Assembly: GCA_951406725.2 (NCBI GenBank)
Contig: OX597817.1
Location: 145,576,001 to 145,640,000, forward strand
Source of the DNA: Octopus vulgaris
Lineage: Eukaryota
Reading direction: 5' to 3'
Length of the DNA stretch: 64,000 bases
The notes beneath the pieces are model-generated. The model was given only the letters and a program-made list of their open reading frames with translations, made no database searches and was not told the origin of the DNA. The translations under genes and the position numbers were made by a program. Positions within the stretch are counted from its first letter, which is position 1, and the number at the start of each line of letters is the position of its first letter. This document shows, piece after piece, positions 36,980 to 50,290 of the stretch.

Positions 36980-39900
36980 TAATTAAGAATGGAAAAACGT
37001 CCATTTCAATATAAACATGATTTTTCGTGCCGCATAAGAAGCACCAGTATTGATGTCATGTAAAAAGCACTGGTGCTGGTCCCAGGTGAACAACACCCTG
37101 TACATTCCGTAAAGTGGCTGGCATTAGGAAGGGCATTGAATTGTAGAATCCATACTAAACAGACAATGGAACCTAATACAGTCTTCTGCCCAGCCAGTTT
37201 CTGTCAAACCATCCAACCCATGCCAACATGGAAAGCAGATGTTAAATGATGATGATGATGACGACGACGATCCCTATTTGCAATGATGGTTAATGGTGAA
37301 CTATTGGTGAACTATTAGATTACAACCTAAGGTTTGTAAGATTAAACATTGGATTATTCATTGCACTGTGTGTGTGAGAGAGAGAGAGTATGTTTTTTCT
37401 CAGGGTAATCTAGATATGGTCTCGTATGGCTATGTAAAAAACTGGAATAAATACCACAAGGCATTGCATCCGATGCTTTAATAGTTAAACTTTTAAAACT
37501 TCTTAATCATATATTCTACATTTATTTCATAAAACACTATTCATTAAATGACATTTTAATGTTTAGTAAATATTGTACACAAGAATCATGAGCACTGCTT
37601 TTTCTTCTGACAAATATTTTACTTGTTTCAGTCATTAGATTGTGACCATGCTGGAGCATTTTTTGAGGAATTTTTAGTCAAATGAATGGAGCCAAGTTCT
37701 TGGTTTTATTTATTTTTGTTTCAAGCCTGGTACTTATTTTATTGGTCCCTTAAGGCAAACTGCTAAGTTACAGAGACATAAACACACCAATACCAGTTGT
37801 CAAGCAATGGTAGGGGACAAACGCAAACACAAAGGCACACAAATACAACAGGCTTCATTCAGTTTCCATCCACCAAATCAACTCACAAGGCTTTGATCAA
37901 TCTGAAGCTATAGCAGAAGATACTTGCCCGAGGTGCCATGCAGTGGGACTGAACCTGGAACCATGTGGTTAGGAAGCAAGCTTCTTACCATACAGCCAAA
38001 AAATTTAAAAAAGATAAAATGACAACCAAGTAAGACTGTCCTGGTTATGTGCTGCTGCCATGTTAATTGATTGACTCCATGGAGGCATAATCTATCATTA
38101 TTCATGTCATACATGTTTGATTGTTCTATTTTTGTGATGCAGCATTACATGGTAGTGGTGTACATTGCTTGTTTAACCATCCAGAATGTCCATGTTTGAA
38201 TGAGTCAGACAGTAATTTGTTGTGCCCGTCATGTCACCTGTTTCCAGGTAAGGTAATATTTCCCAATGGCCAAACATGTTTTTCAGAGAAGAGCATGATC
38301 GTTGCCAGAGCAACTATCTGGTCTCCATGCCAGTGGCACGTAAGAGACACCATTCGAGCGTGATCGTTACCAGCGTCGCCTCACTAGCACCTGTGCCAGT
38401 GGCATGTGTAAAAGATTCGAGTGAGATCATTGCCAGTACCGCCTGACTGGCCCCGTGCTGGTGGCACGTAAAAGCACCTACTACACTCTCGGGGTGGTTG
38501 GCGTTAGGAAGGGCATCCAGCTGTAGAAACTCTGCCAGATCAAGAGTGAAGCCTGGTGCAGCCATCTGGTTTGCCAGCCCTCAGTCAAACCGTCCAACCC
38601 ATGCTAGCATGGAAAGCAAATGTTAAACGATGATGATGATGATGATGACTACAAATGAACAACATTGCTTGTATGATAGTAATACTTGCTTACAACCATT
38701 ACATGATGACAAGACAAAGGTGTTCACAAACACACATATACATTCATATAAATACGACAAGCTTCTTCTTCTTCCAGTTGCCATTTACCACATCTACCCT
38801 CAATGCTTTGGTTAGCCTGGGGCTATAATGGAAGTTGTCCAAGGTGCAATGTAGTGGGATTGAAACCAAGTACAGCTGATTAAGAAACAAGCCTCTTAAC
38901 CACACAGCCACACCTGCATCTATGTGTAACTAGATGTATTTTCATACCAATAGATAAGTATGATCTAGAGATCAAAATGTAGGAAATTAGTAAGCTTCAA
39001 GCATTCAGGCAGCTCGTATGGATAACAAAAAGGGGACAATATACTTTTTACTTTTACTTGTTTTAGCCGTTTGACTGCGACCATGCTGGAGCACCACCTT
39101 CAAGTATTTTAATCAAAGAAATTGACCCCAAGACTTATTTCTTTAGCTGAGAACTCATTCTGTTGGTTTATTTTGCCAAACTGCTAAGTTATGGAGACAG
39201 AAACACACCAAAACCAGTTGTCAAGCAGTGATGGGGGTGAGGATACAAGCATAGAGACAAAGACACACACACAGAGACACACACACAGACACACACGCAC
39301 ACATATAAACAGGCTTCTTTCGGTTTCCGTCTACCAATACACTCACAAGGTTTTGTTTGGTCCGAGGCTATAGTAGAAGACACTTGCCCAAGGTGACACT
39401 CTGTGAGATTGAACCCAGAGCCATGTGGTTGAGAAGCAAGCTTCTTACCACACAGCCATGCCTGCACCTATATTCAATAAAATATATTGATTAACATCAC
39501 AAGTCACACATTTCTTCCCATATCAAAGTTAAAAGGAATTTCGACAAGTTGATTGTCTCCATACAATTCACAGTTTAGCAACCAATGCTGCTAAGAACGG
39601 GAATAAAAATTCAAAAGAAGTGCAACAGATTAAAACACAGACTCTCTCTTCACTCTTTTACTTGTTTCAGTCATTTGACTGCAGCCATGCTGGAGCACTG
39701 CCTTTAGTCAAAGAAATCGACCCCAGGACTTAATCTTTGTAAGCCTAGTACTTATTCTATCGATCTCTTTTGCTGAACCGCTAAGTGATGGGGACGTAAA
39801 CACAGCATCAGTTGTCAAGCGATGTTGGGGGACAAACACAGACACACAAACATATACATGCTCATGCATACATATATATATATATATATACGTTTTATTT

Positions 39901-41789
39901 ATTATTTTGCACATTACTTAATCATCCTTATATGTTTTATCTTATATTTAATCTTTCTATAATATGTAATTTTCTAGATGGTATAATTTAATTTTTCATT
40001 ATTGAATTGATAAAAGGTGGGTTTTTTTCTAATTTATATATGTATATTATATTTTGTGAAATTTGATTTAGTATTTCTAAATTGAATTTTTCCCTGTAAG
40101 TTTGGAATAATATTTCCTCATATTAGTATTATTATTATATATATATATATATATATACACATATATACGACGGGCTTCTTTCAGTTTCTGTCTATCAAAT
40201 CCATTCACAAGGCTTTGGTTGGCCTGAGGCTATAGTAGAAGACACTTGCCCAAGGTGCCACGCAGTGGGACTGAACCCGGAACCATGTGGTTGGTAAGCA
40301 AGCTACTTACTACACAGCTACCCCTGCGCCTATATGTAATAAATAATAAACACAAAGTGGACTTAGCTAATTTTCACATCTTTGATACCTCAATGTAGTT
40401 TACATTGATGCAGGAAATAACTTTATTTACCAACTGGAATTTCAGGTTATCATTCATATTGTAATGACATTTTGATCAGGATTTTAATTAATAAAAGAAA
40501 ATTTAGTTCAAGGTTAATTAGCATTGCAACATTCTGCACACTCAGAATATATGATCTTGTCAAGATATTCTTTGCATTTAATTATCCACTTCCACACAGT
40601 TACCTAAGAACAGCTTGTGGCATAGAAACCAGTTTCTTGTGAATGGCATCCTTTTGTGTCAACTTCTTGCTTGACATAAGTCTATAGCTTAATTTCAATT
40701 TTAAAATAATTGCTTCAGTTGCCCTGAAGGTGTCACTTTTGTTTTTGCTGAATCCTATGTTAATGAAAAAGCTACTGTAAGCATTATAACATTTTTAGGT
40801 TTTGAGGTGTTTAGTACAGCTTCTCAGTCTATTGCTAGAATGCTTAATCTAACAAAACATTTCCAGGATATTTTGTCATAAACCATATATTTTCCCCTAA
40901 AGTTAAATAAGTCTTTTCGGAAAATGAAGCATGAGAATTCTTCCCAAATAGTTCACATTTGGAAAAGCTGCAATCAGGAAGGCTTTTAGTATTGAAAAGA
41001 AAGGGTAGAAAAGCAAACGTTGCACTCAAAGGGTACTCTTGATTTAGAATCTGTAACCTTTGGCCTTTTTCTCTTTGCCACCATTCAATGTTGTTTGTTT
41101 GGGAATCCTCTCGATTTCGTGACATTCCAATTTCATGCGTAACGTTTCGGGGGTTTAGTTCATCAGAGGGTTTTGGAAAATGACGATATTAACGAAAGCC
41201 TGAGGATATTCAAATAGTGTCCCTCAGTAGACGTCGAACTGTTTAACTAAGGGTCCCCTTGGTGTATCTCTCTAAATGCGTTAATGTTTCTTTTAATATA
41301 CGTTAGCTTTATCTGAACATCGTGTGTATATATATAACGTACACTAGTTTGTTGATAACCGAAATGTTATGTTATTTTAATAATTCAATCATTAATCTAA
41401 GAATCGAGTCTGTTCAAATGTTACTTTATTTCGTCATTAATTCATACGATTAAACATTTATTTGTATTTCAATACCCGGATCAGTTAAAATTACAATTTT
41501 AAAAAGCGAATAAACATTTATTTTTGAAAGAATTCCACTTCCATCCTCACCAACAAAAATACGTATCAAAGGAAGGAAAAGAGAAATGTTCATGTTATCA
41601 GCAACCATAACAGACATAACTAATTGATAATCGTTTTAGAACGCCGCGCATTTTTATTCCTGTCAAAATTATTGCTCTTTTTGAGAAGTTTTATTTCTTT
41701 CTGCATTTTATTTTGACAAATATTTTATAATATTTTGTCGTTGGCGTGAGAAATAATAATTTATGGCTGGGAGATGAAAGATTGACATC

Positions 41790-41860
41790 ATAAAGCCTGC
41801 GCATGTCAAGTGAGACATCAACATTGAAGACAACGCCATATTGCAAATGGTGAAGTTCGC
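41790..41860 (+). promoter_or_regulatory. Candidate ARGLU1 core promoter
   Basis: Local CpG enrichment (about 41.1-42.2 kb) in a CpG-poor window; NRF1-like TGCGCATG at 41798-41805; YY1-like CGCCATATTG at 41834-41843; about 100-170 nt upstream of the ATG. Confidence 0.5.
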
Positions 41861-41961
41861 TGCGTGTGAGCTGCTTACTTGTGTCGTGTAGCGAGAGAGA
41901 GAGTGAGAGAGAGAGAGGGATTTCAGTATCGTTTATTAAAGGAAACAAAATTAAGAAAAAA

Positions 41962-42146
41962 ATGGGACGATCAAGAAGTCGTAGTCGATCAACAAGCAGG
42001 ACGAGACACCGTGCAAAACACAAGAAAAGGCGCACTAGGTCACGTTCGCGGTCTGCGTCCAGAGATCGCATCCATAGCATAAGTCGGCATCACAGTAGCA
42101 GCAGAGTACAACGCTCTCGGTCTAAAGATAGAAAACGAGTTGCCAG
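41962..42146 (+). CDS. ARGLU1: ARGLU1 (arginine and glutamate-rich protein 1) first coding exon, RS-rich N-terminus
   Basis: ATG at 41962; MGRSRSRSRSTSRTRHRAKHKKRRTRSRSRS...KDRKRVA(R); AG|gttcgt donor in phase 2, which joins in frame to 56266. Confidence 0.88.
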
Positions 42147-45100
42147 GTTCGTTTGCTCTTTCTTTCTTCTCCTCTTCTTATATCCCTGCAACATTAAGCT
42201 TTACACAACGAACCAAATGTGTGTGTGTGTATCGCTATAATATCAGAACCCAAATTGAATAGCGACTTATTAGCTAAAGATATTCCAATCGTGGCCATCC
42301 CATCTTTTCTGAGTATCTTAAGACTTATTTTGTTCAATGTACATTATTTAATACGATATGTATGGTTCTATCTTATGTGTGCTTTGTTCTACATAATTCT
42401 GCAAGCTAGCTTGCTTGCTTACCCTAAACAGCTATTCGGTGGATAACCACATGGGAATGAAATTATTTTCAGAGAATTCTTCTTATCCATAGAGTTTTTG
42501 AATATATGTTTCGATTTATTTTAAAAAATCTTTCTTTCCCGTCAAAAGTGTGTTTCTAATAATCTCTCAAACTTTTACCATCATCCTGTACATTTTTTCA
42601 ATATAAATCAGCGTTTTATTAAGGTGAATGGTCGTTGTATTGAGGATCTAAAATCTAAAAAATATAAATAGATCTCATCATCAATGACTGCATAAGTTCA
42701 AATTAGCGAATTCCCTCCAAATTCTTTCCCTCCTTATTCGACCCTAAACAATGAGTGGCATTCTAACGTCGTTCGACTTGCCAGAAATAACTATCAAATC
42801 TTCCTCATATCGCACCTCACCATCTTCAAACAGTCGAAGCACACACACTGGATAATGAAGTTCTTAGAGAAAACATAAAGGAAAAAAAAGGCTGGATGTT
42901 CACGGCTGGAATGGTTAAGCTTATGAAGAAGACCTATGAGCAAAAGGGCATTCCAACCATATAGATAAGAGCATGCCTAGGGCTAAGGAACAACTACCGC
43001 CTTATAATATTTTATAACAAGATAAAATCAAGTTTGTTTCGAACAAGCGAGAGAGCTTCGATGTGGTAGCTTGCAGGGCGAGAAACAGCAGCCAAACTTT
43101 TCACATAACAACTTATCGTAGTAAATAATGTACATTGAACAAAATAGTCTTAAGATATTCAGAAAAGATGGGATGGCCACGATTGGAATATCGCTATTCC
43201 AATTTGGGTTCTGATATTGTAGCGATACACACCACACACACACACACACACAAATTTGGTTCCTTGTTAAAGCTTAATTAGCTAATTATTTTTATTGGAA
43301 ATCTATTTTTCATAATGTCGAATTAATATTTGGTTTTTCGAATCTCTTGTTCTGATGTCTGTTTATCATTTGCAAACTGTTGTTCTTTGTGTGTTGTCGA
43401 TTGATCGATATATCGATATATTAAACAGTACATCCTCAAGTGTATAACATTTCTCAATTACATTAACACAGTACTGATGTTCTTCAAGATAAAGAGAATC
43501 ATTGATTTCTTGGAATGGGGTCAGTAAAGCCATTAAGATCAAGGAGTTTTAATGGATTAGGCTTCGAAGATCTTTGTGTAGAACAAATTAAGACTGAAGG
43601 TGGTAGAGCTTGTCTTAGATTTGATGTTAAAGGTTTTATTATTTTTAATTTTTACCTCAGCATTATCCATTGCTTCCCTCATTAGGGAATATATTATCTA
43701 TGTGTACATATATACATCTGTGTGTACGAAATGCATTTTCGGTTTAAACCCCCCCCCCCCAGTATTTATCGTTATCCCCTCTCTTTATGATTCCTGAAGC
43801 TAAATTTTATACAGTAGTTGTTCCTTAGCCCTAGGCATGCTCTTATCTAGCAAATTTTTAATCAAAGACACTTCATCTGTGACCATCCGTCTTTTAGTGT
43901 ATCCATGACTGACTACATTGTGTATGTCTCAAATTCCGCCGAGGTTGACTTTGCCTTTCATCCTTTCGCGGTCGATAAATTAAGTACCAGTTACGCACTG
44001 GGGTCGATGTAATCGACTTAATCCCTTTGTCTGTCCTTGTTTGTCCCCTCTGTGTTTAGCCCCTTGTAGGTAGTAAAGAAATATACATCGTGTATGTCAT
44101 TTCATTTTGTTAGGGTGGGGTATGAATCAGTGATGATTTGACTGATGTTTATACCAGGTCAAACGACAACGTAAAACCCAGTTTGACGGTGGTAACGTCG
44201 AACCAGTGATGTGTGCAACGTCTCGGTCCGTATGTGTACACGTAGACATGGAACACAGTATTAGTGTGTTCATGTGTGAACTGAGACCAGTTATTGTTCT
44301 CCTTCAAACGACATGCAATGACATTCATTTCGTACACAACACAAAACCCAATTTTGTTGTAATTCGACTGTGTCAGTCATGCCCTTCCTTTAGTGACATT
44401 GATCCGTCACGTTTCCTACGTACAAATTATGTGTGCATTTATGTACACCACGCACTCAAAACAGACGGTAAATAATTACACACACACACTCGTGTATAAT
44501 TCGAGAAAATTGGATGGCATAATTATGCGAGTGTACAAAGAGAATAAAATGGTAACCATTATTTTTTTTCAGATAAAAATAAAAGTTAGGCACATCGTAT
44601 TCGACATAGCAATTAACTCGAGTAAACACAGTAGTTATATTTGATTTGCGATCGATCGCATTTTTGATTATGGATCTTCAAATCGTCTGTAGCCTTAAGA
44701 CTATTCTAGAGAGTCTGTCAAATTTTTATTCCCAAGTTGTATGTAAATACAAGTTGTATTTACTTTTTCTTTGAAATATTAGCCCATATTTATGTCTTCG
44801 TCAATTTATCTGCTACATCAGCTTCAATTTATCTAGGCGCAGGCGTGGCTATTTGATTAAGAAGTCTTGCTTCTTAACTCTGGTTTTGGCGTTAACCCCG
44901 ATCCGATCAAAATCCATATGAGTGGATTTGGTATACGGAAACTGAAAGAAGCCCGCCTTGTATTTATATGTGTCTGCTTGTGTGTATCCATATCAAGATA
45001 TCACGTGATGGCTCTAAATGAGCATCATTGTTATACAAGTGACATTGTTTCCATTCTGTGAAAAATATGTTGAGTAATGGGAAAATATTACGGCGATCGC

Positions 45101-47999
45101 CATTACTACCCTGCTTGGAAGCAGGTGAAAGGCATTCAACAATAGAAAATCTGCCTCAGTAAATTCCGTCTGACCCATGCAAGCATGAAAAAGTGAACAT
45201 TAAATGATGATATAAATGTGAGAGAAAGAATGAGCCGGCCACAATGGTACCTTTTTAATAGATATGTGTATGTCTAGTATATGATAATGTAAGATAATTT
45301 TCCTCATTAAAATGTTAGCAGTGCAGTTGTTCATACAACTATCAGTTAATTAGTTAAGTAGGATTGAATGATTTTTTTTTTATACACCACTTGTATTTAG
45401 AGGCCATACATATCTGGTGTTGTTTATCGTTTTAGTCAAGTTTAATCCTTTGTTATTGACTAATTGCTTTGTTGTGCAACTCAGAAGGTTGTCAAAACAT
45501 ATAAGCATGTTTGAGAATTTTCAGTAAGTTGAATTTCTGTAGCCTTTCAGTGACATTTTAATTGCTGTTTATTAATAGAGACTAACCAGATGGATGATAT
45601 ATTTAACTACTAAATAAGATTAAATCACTCTGTAGCTGTCATTTTAGTTTATTTGTATTAATAAATAAATTACGTACTGGGATGATCAGGACATCAATGT
45701 GTGCAAATACTAGTTACAGAACTGATAATCTCACTTACTGCCCCAGTCATTCAATTTATCCAAGTAGAAAGAAAGCCAAAAGTGCAAGTCCTTATATCAA
45801 CATTTAATGTCTGTCTTCCATCCTAGGATGGATTAACCAGTTCAACAGAATCCAGTGAGCCAGAGGATTGTGTTGCATTCCAATGCCTGTTTTTGGCATT
45901 GTTTATATGGCTGGGTGGCCTTCCTAATGCTAATCACTTTACAGAGTGTATTGGGTGTTGTTTTGGTGTCAGGCATTAGCATTCATCATCATCATCATCG
46001 TTTAATGTCCGCTTTCCATGCTAGCATGGGTTGGACGATTTGACTGAGGGCTGGCGAACCAGATGGCTGCACCAGGCTTCAATCTTGATCTGGCAGAGTT
46101 TCTACAGCTGAATGCCCTTCCTAATGCCAGCCACTCCAAGAGTGTAGTGGGTGCTTTTACGTGCCAGTCAGGCGGTACTGGCAATTACCTCGCTCGAATC
46201 TTTTACACATGCCACCGGCACAGGTGCCAGTAGGGCGATGCTGGTAATAATCACGCTTGAATGGTGTCTTTTACGTGCCACCGGCACAGAAGCCAGATAG
46301 CTGCTCTGGTAAGGTGAGTAATTAAAGAAAAGACCATCATTGAATGGGGTTGTAGTAAAAGAGGAACAAGCGGAGGTGCCTTGCTGTAGAGGAGATATGT
46401 GGCTACCTTTCGTTATATAAAAGAGAATGAGAGTTGCTGTAAAGAAGGCAATGATGGTTGCTGCAAGATGTCAGCATGCTCTCAAGGTACAAAAAGAGGA
46501 AAATATGAACAAAGAATGGGAAGTGTGTGTGGATAAGTTCATTAGAGTATGGATGGAGAGTTGGTTACACTCATCTCTAACCATTTGTCCCTCTTTTCTC
46601 CTTTTTGGTACAAAGATACTCTAATTAGCATTACTAATCTCGCTATTACCTTGTTGCTTTTACATCAAAGCTGGCAATTTGGTAGAGTCATTAGATCTTT
46701 GGATTGATTGCTTCACAGTATTTGTTTCAACTCTTGTTCAAATCCTGCTGATGTCAACTTTGGAGGTTGAAAAAATAAATAGCCATCCTGCATGGTGAAC
46801 TGGCTAAGCTGTTGAAGTGTCGGATGGAAGAGTTGTACTTATGGTATTTGCAGTTGATTATTTCAGAAGAGCAAGGGACATTAATGTAACTGTATCAGGA
46901 AGTGGACACAACGTAACTATGTTTTTGTGGATGGTGCATATCAATGAGAGAAACTTTGCTAATAAAGCTAACTGGCCTTTTTAATGTACATGAACATTGT
47001 GTGTGTGTGTGACAGCAGTACTGTCCTAAATATGTGATGAACTTTACTCTAACATGGGTTTTGAGCTTTACAAAGAATCAGCAACTGATAATGGCTGAAG
47101 TATTTCTTAGCTCTAAATAAGAATCCTAGTTTTTGTGAGACATTTTTGCAATGGTATATATGTATGTATGAGGCTGCCATAAGAAATTATCAGCAATCAC
47201 AAAACTTTGCAGAGGTGCTAATCTAGAAAATGTGAGGGCCTTGATAAGTGTGGAAACTGCGGGGTCTGTTGAAAGAGATAAACTTGTCATGTTCTTGTTG
47301 AAGGATGTTTTCAAGATGGCTTATCATGGATTCAGCTGTATATGCTTGTCATCATGAAGTATCGTACTGAAGACTAAGGAGTGTATGTTGTTAGAAGTGA
47401 CAATAGGTAGGTTTATGTAGAGGTGGGGTGTAACTGAACCTTGGAACACATGTTTGTTGGAGGGAATTCTGTTGGTCTATACTTACAATCCAAGAGATGA
47501 GAGATTGACCTGGCTCTACAGAAATATTTTGCTGTTCGTTTCCACTCTCTAAATTGCAGGATGTAACACACTCAATGTGAAGACACATGGCGATAGACTC
47601 ACACATACATATGCCTATAACATGTTTCTTTGCAATTTCTGTCTTCTAAATTTTATTCAGAAGGTACTGGTCAGCATGAGGCCATAGTAGTAGACATTTG
47701 CCCAAAGTGCCATGTAGGGATTGAACCCAAAACAACGTGGTTGCAAAGTGCACACATCCACAGTAAAATATTTTTGTTTGAGATATTAGAAAACAATTGA
47801 ATTTGAGATATTGGCTTTGGCGTGCAATGGTGACTCTAGGTAGGTATATGTAAGACAGTGAATGATGTAGCAGCTTATAGTGAATGTGGACAGTAGTTAT
47901 GGGGAAACTCAGACTTTTGAATCACAGAAATTAAATGAAGAATGAGGTTGTACGAAGGCATACCGGTTTGTTGATTCAGCCAATTTATGATAATATGAG

Positions 48000-48262
48000 G
48001 GCTTGACTTTTCTTGAGACAGCATTCACCCGGGGTGGGTTGAGCTGGCTTCATTTATCCTCAATGCTGCATCTCTCACAAACACCGACCAGACCTGACGA
48101 TTTGAGGCTAACGACCGCATGATCTCCAGCCACTCCTTATTCCAGTGGCGAACGCCGTAGATATGGGGGCCTAGGTTGGGTTCCAGATCAGCCTTGACTG
48201 TCATCAGCCAGGTTTTTCATTGTCCACCATATCGCTTTTGCCAACCCTTTACGGCAGCGAGT
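48000..48262 (-). mobile_element. RTE-type LINE 3' terminal fragment
   Basis: Minus strand: GWQKRYGGQ*KTWLMTVKADLEP..GP.IYG.RHWNKEWL..LASNRQVWS.FVRD, followed by a CAAG-type tail. Confidence 0.7.
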
Positions 48263-50105
48263 CATGGCCAATGAGGGTGGAAGATATTAAGCGACTAGAA
48301 ATGTGAAGGACAAAATGTTGAAGTGTGCTGATTTTGATATTAAGTTTTTGTAGATTTCAAAGATTAAGATGAATTGTTAAAACCTACAATTCTTGGAAAA
48401 CATATTTCAGGAAACTTTCCAAGTGAGAAATTTAAAGAATTGAATGGTATAAGATTGAGAACATGAAGGTGTTGGAACATGGTGTTAGTTTCTGTGTGGA
48501 ATGATCAAGATCTTTGACAATATACCGTGCTTGTGTAGACCTATCAAGCCAAGTGAGACAGTAGTTGTGGCCAGTGTCAGGTTAATGGCACCCATGCTGG
48601 TGACACATAAAAAACTTCACTACTCTCTCAGAGTGGTTGGCATTAGGAAAGGCATCCAGCTGTAGAAACCTTGCCATATCAAATTGGAACCTGGTGCAGC
48701 TCCCTGGCTTACAAGTTTTCAGTCAAATCATCCAACCCATGCCAGCATGGAAAACATACGTTAAATGATGATGATGATGAAGAAAACAGACATCCATTAG
48801 ATGTAGCTGAGCTATTGCTAAACTAACACTTTCATCAATTCAATAATTTTAAATACATTTGGGCCTCGTGAACAATTAATTATATACACTTGTGAGATGA
48901 TTTATTAAACGAAATACAATATGTTTTTAGGTAACTTACTGTGATGTTAGAGCCATCATTTTGTAGCGTGAAATATTTGGAAGCTAATGCTTTTTTTTTT
49001 GTATAAATATTAGACTATATAATGTTTTTATCAGAAAAGTTGTGATGCAACCATGCAAAGCAGTAACAGTAAAAGCTGTGCTAACTGGAGAGGAAGCAGC
49101 TATTTATGATCTGTTGTCTGAGTATTAGAGGTATTAGAGAGATTATGTTATTGATATGAACCTGCCAAGATTGGATCGTGTCTATTTGATGAAACAGTAG
49201 TTTCATTCATAGAGCAGTGAAGTTTCGAGGCAAGATGATTAGCTTAGAGATTAGGAAGTTAGGCCTTGTAACTAAAATGAGAATGGATAAAGATTATTGA
49301 AGATATTATCTTGCAGAATCTAAAAAAAAAAAATTGATATTGGCCAATATAGCATTTTCAGGTGTTGAAATAACTTTCTATTTTAAGTTGTTTTGGAAAT
49401 TAACTTGTAGCCTCAGTGCATAATTTTGGAATAGAAAATTAAGAACATGAAATAATCTGCAGAACATAGGTTAGTGGTGGGTTGGGATGTCAGCACAGAT
49501 TGATTATAAATATGAATGCAAGAAGAATATATTGATGTGCTGTGAGAAGTAATGATTAATGTTTTAATTTAGACTCTACATCCAGTGAATATAGTGTTTA
49601 CTTGAATATTAGTTTCATTTATATTTATATTTTAAAAGGTAGCTGTGTGTATATAGTGAGAAAGAGAGAGACTGTTATGGTTTTAACATCTACTTTTTCA
49701 TGCTTGTACGGGTCTAACCAGAGTATGTTGGAGCAGATTTTTCTATGGCTGGATGCTCTTGTTGCTAACTCACACTATTTTTCAAGTGGTGTTGTAATCT
49801 CCCAGTCAGTCGAGCAACAAGCAGCCCAGGAATGTTTATATGGAGAACTAGAAATAAATGACACCATATGGACAAGCCTTTTATTTATAAAGGTGTACAA
49901 CATGTCAAGAAGCTCAGACATGCTTTTACAGTGGACTGCAAGCAAACAATACCTGTTCCCCAGTCCCTATCTACCTTACATTCACCCTCTTTTTCTTTTA
50001 AAGGTACATCCAGACACCTTATCACCACCATCCTTTCTCTTTTTTCAGCTTGTCTTTTAGATGTATCTCATCTACTGCAAAACACCTGTTCCTGTCCTTC
50101 TATCA

Positions 50106-50290
50106 CAGTGCTCCGCAACTGGTATGCTGCAGCACACTCATGTGCCATGAGACAATGCTAGGTGTGCCACAGTGTAACCTGAATATAATTTTTTCCCTAT
50201 ACTTTTAGTTATATTTTTAGTTCAGGTGTGTGACTGAATTTTGAAAACAATATAACTCTACCGCAAGTGAAAAAAGGTTGCAGAGCACTG
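50106..50290. mobile_element. hAT-type MITE
   Basis: TIRs CAGTGCTCCGCAAC / GTTGCAGAGCACTG; degenerate 8-bp TSD TTCTATCA / CTCTATCG. Confidence 0.7.

Noticed and set aside
41128-41170. Minus-strand CTGATGA...CGAAACGTT hammerhead-like string
   Set aside because: No helix II or helix I can form; treated as chance or too decayed to support.
41691-42080. 129-aa minus-strand ORF
   Set aside because: Antisense shadow of the RS-rich ARGLU1 exon.
44126-44146. C/D-box snoRNA-like TGATGA...CTGA
   Set aside because: The boxes are only about 5 nt apart, far too short for a snoRNA.
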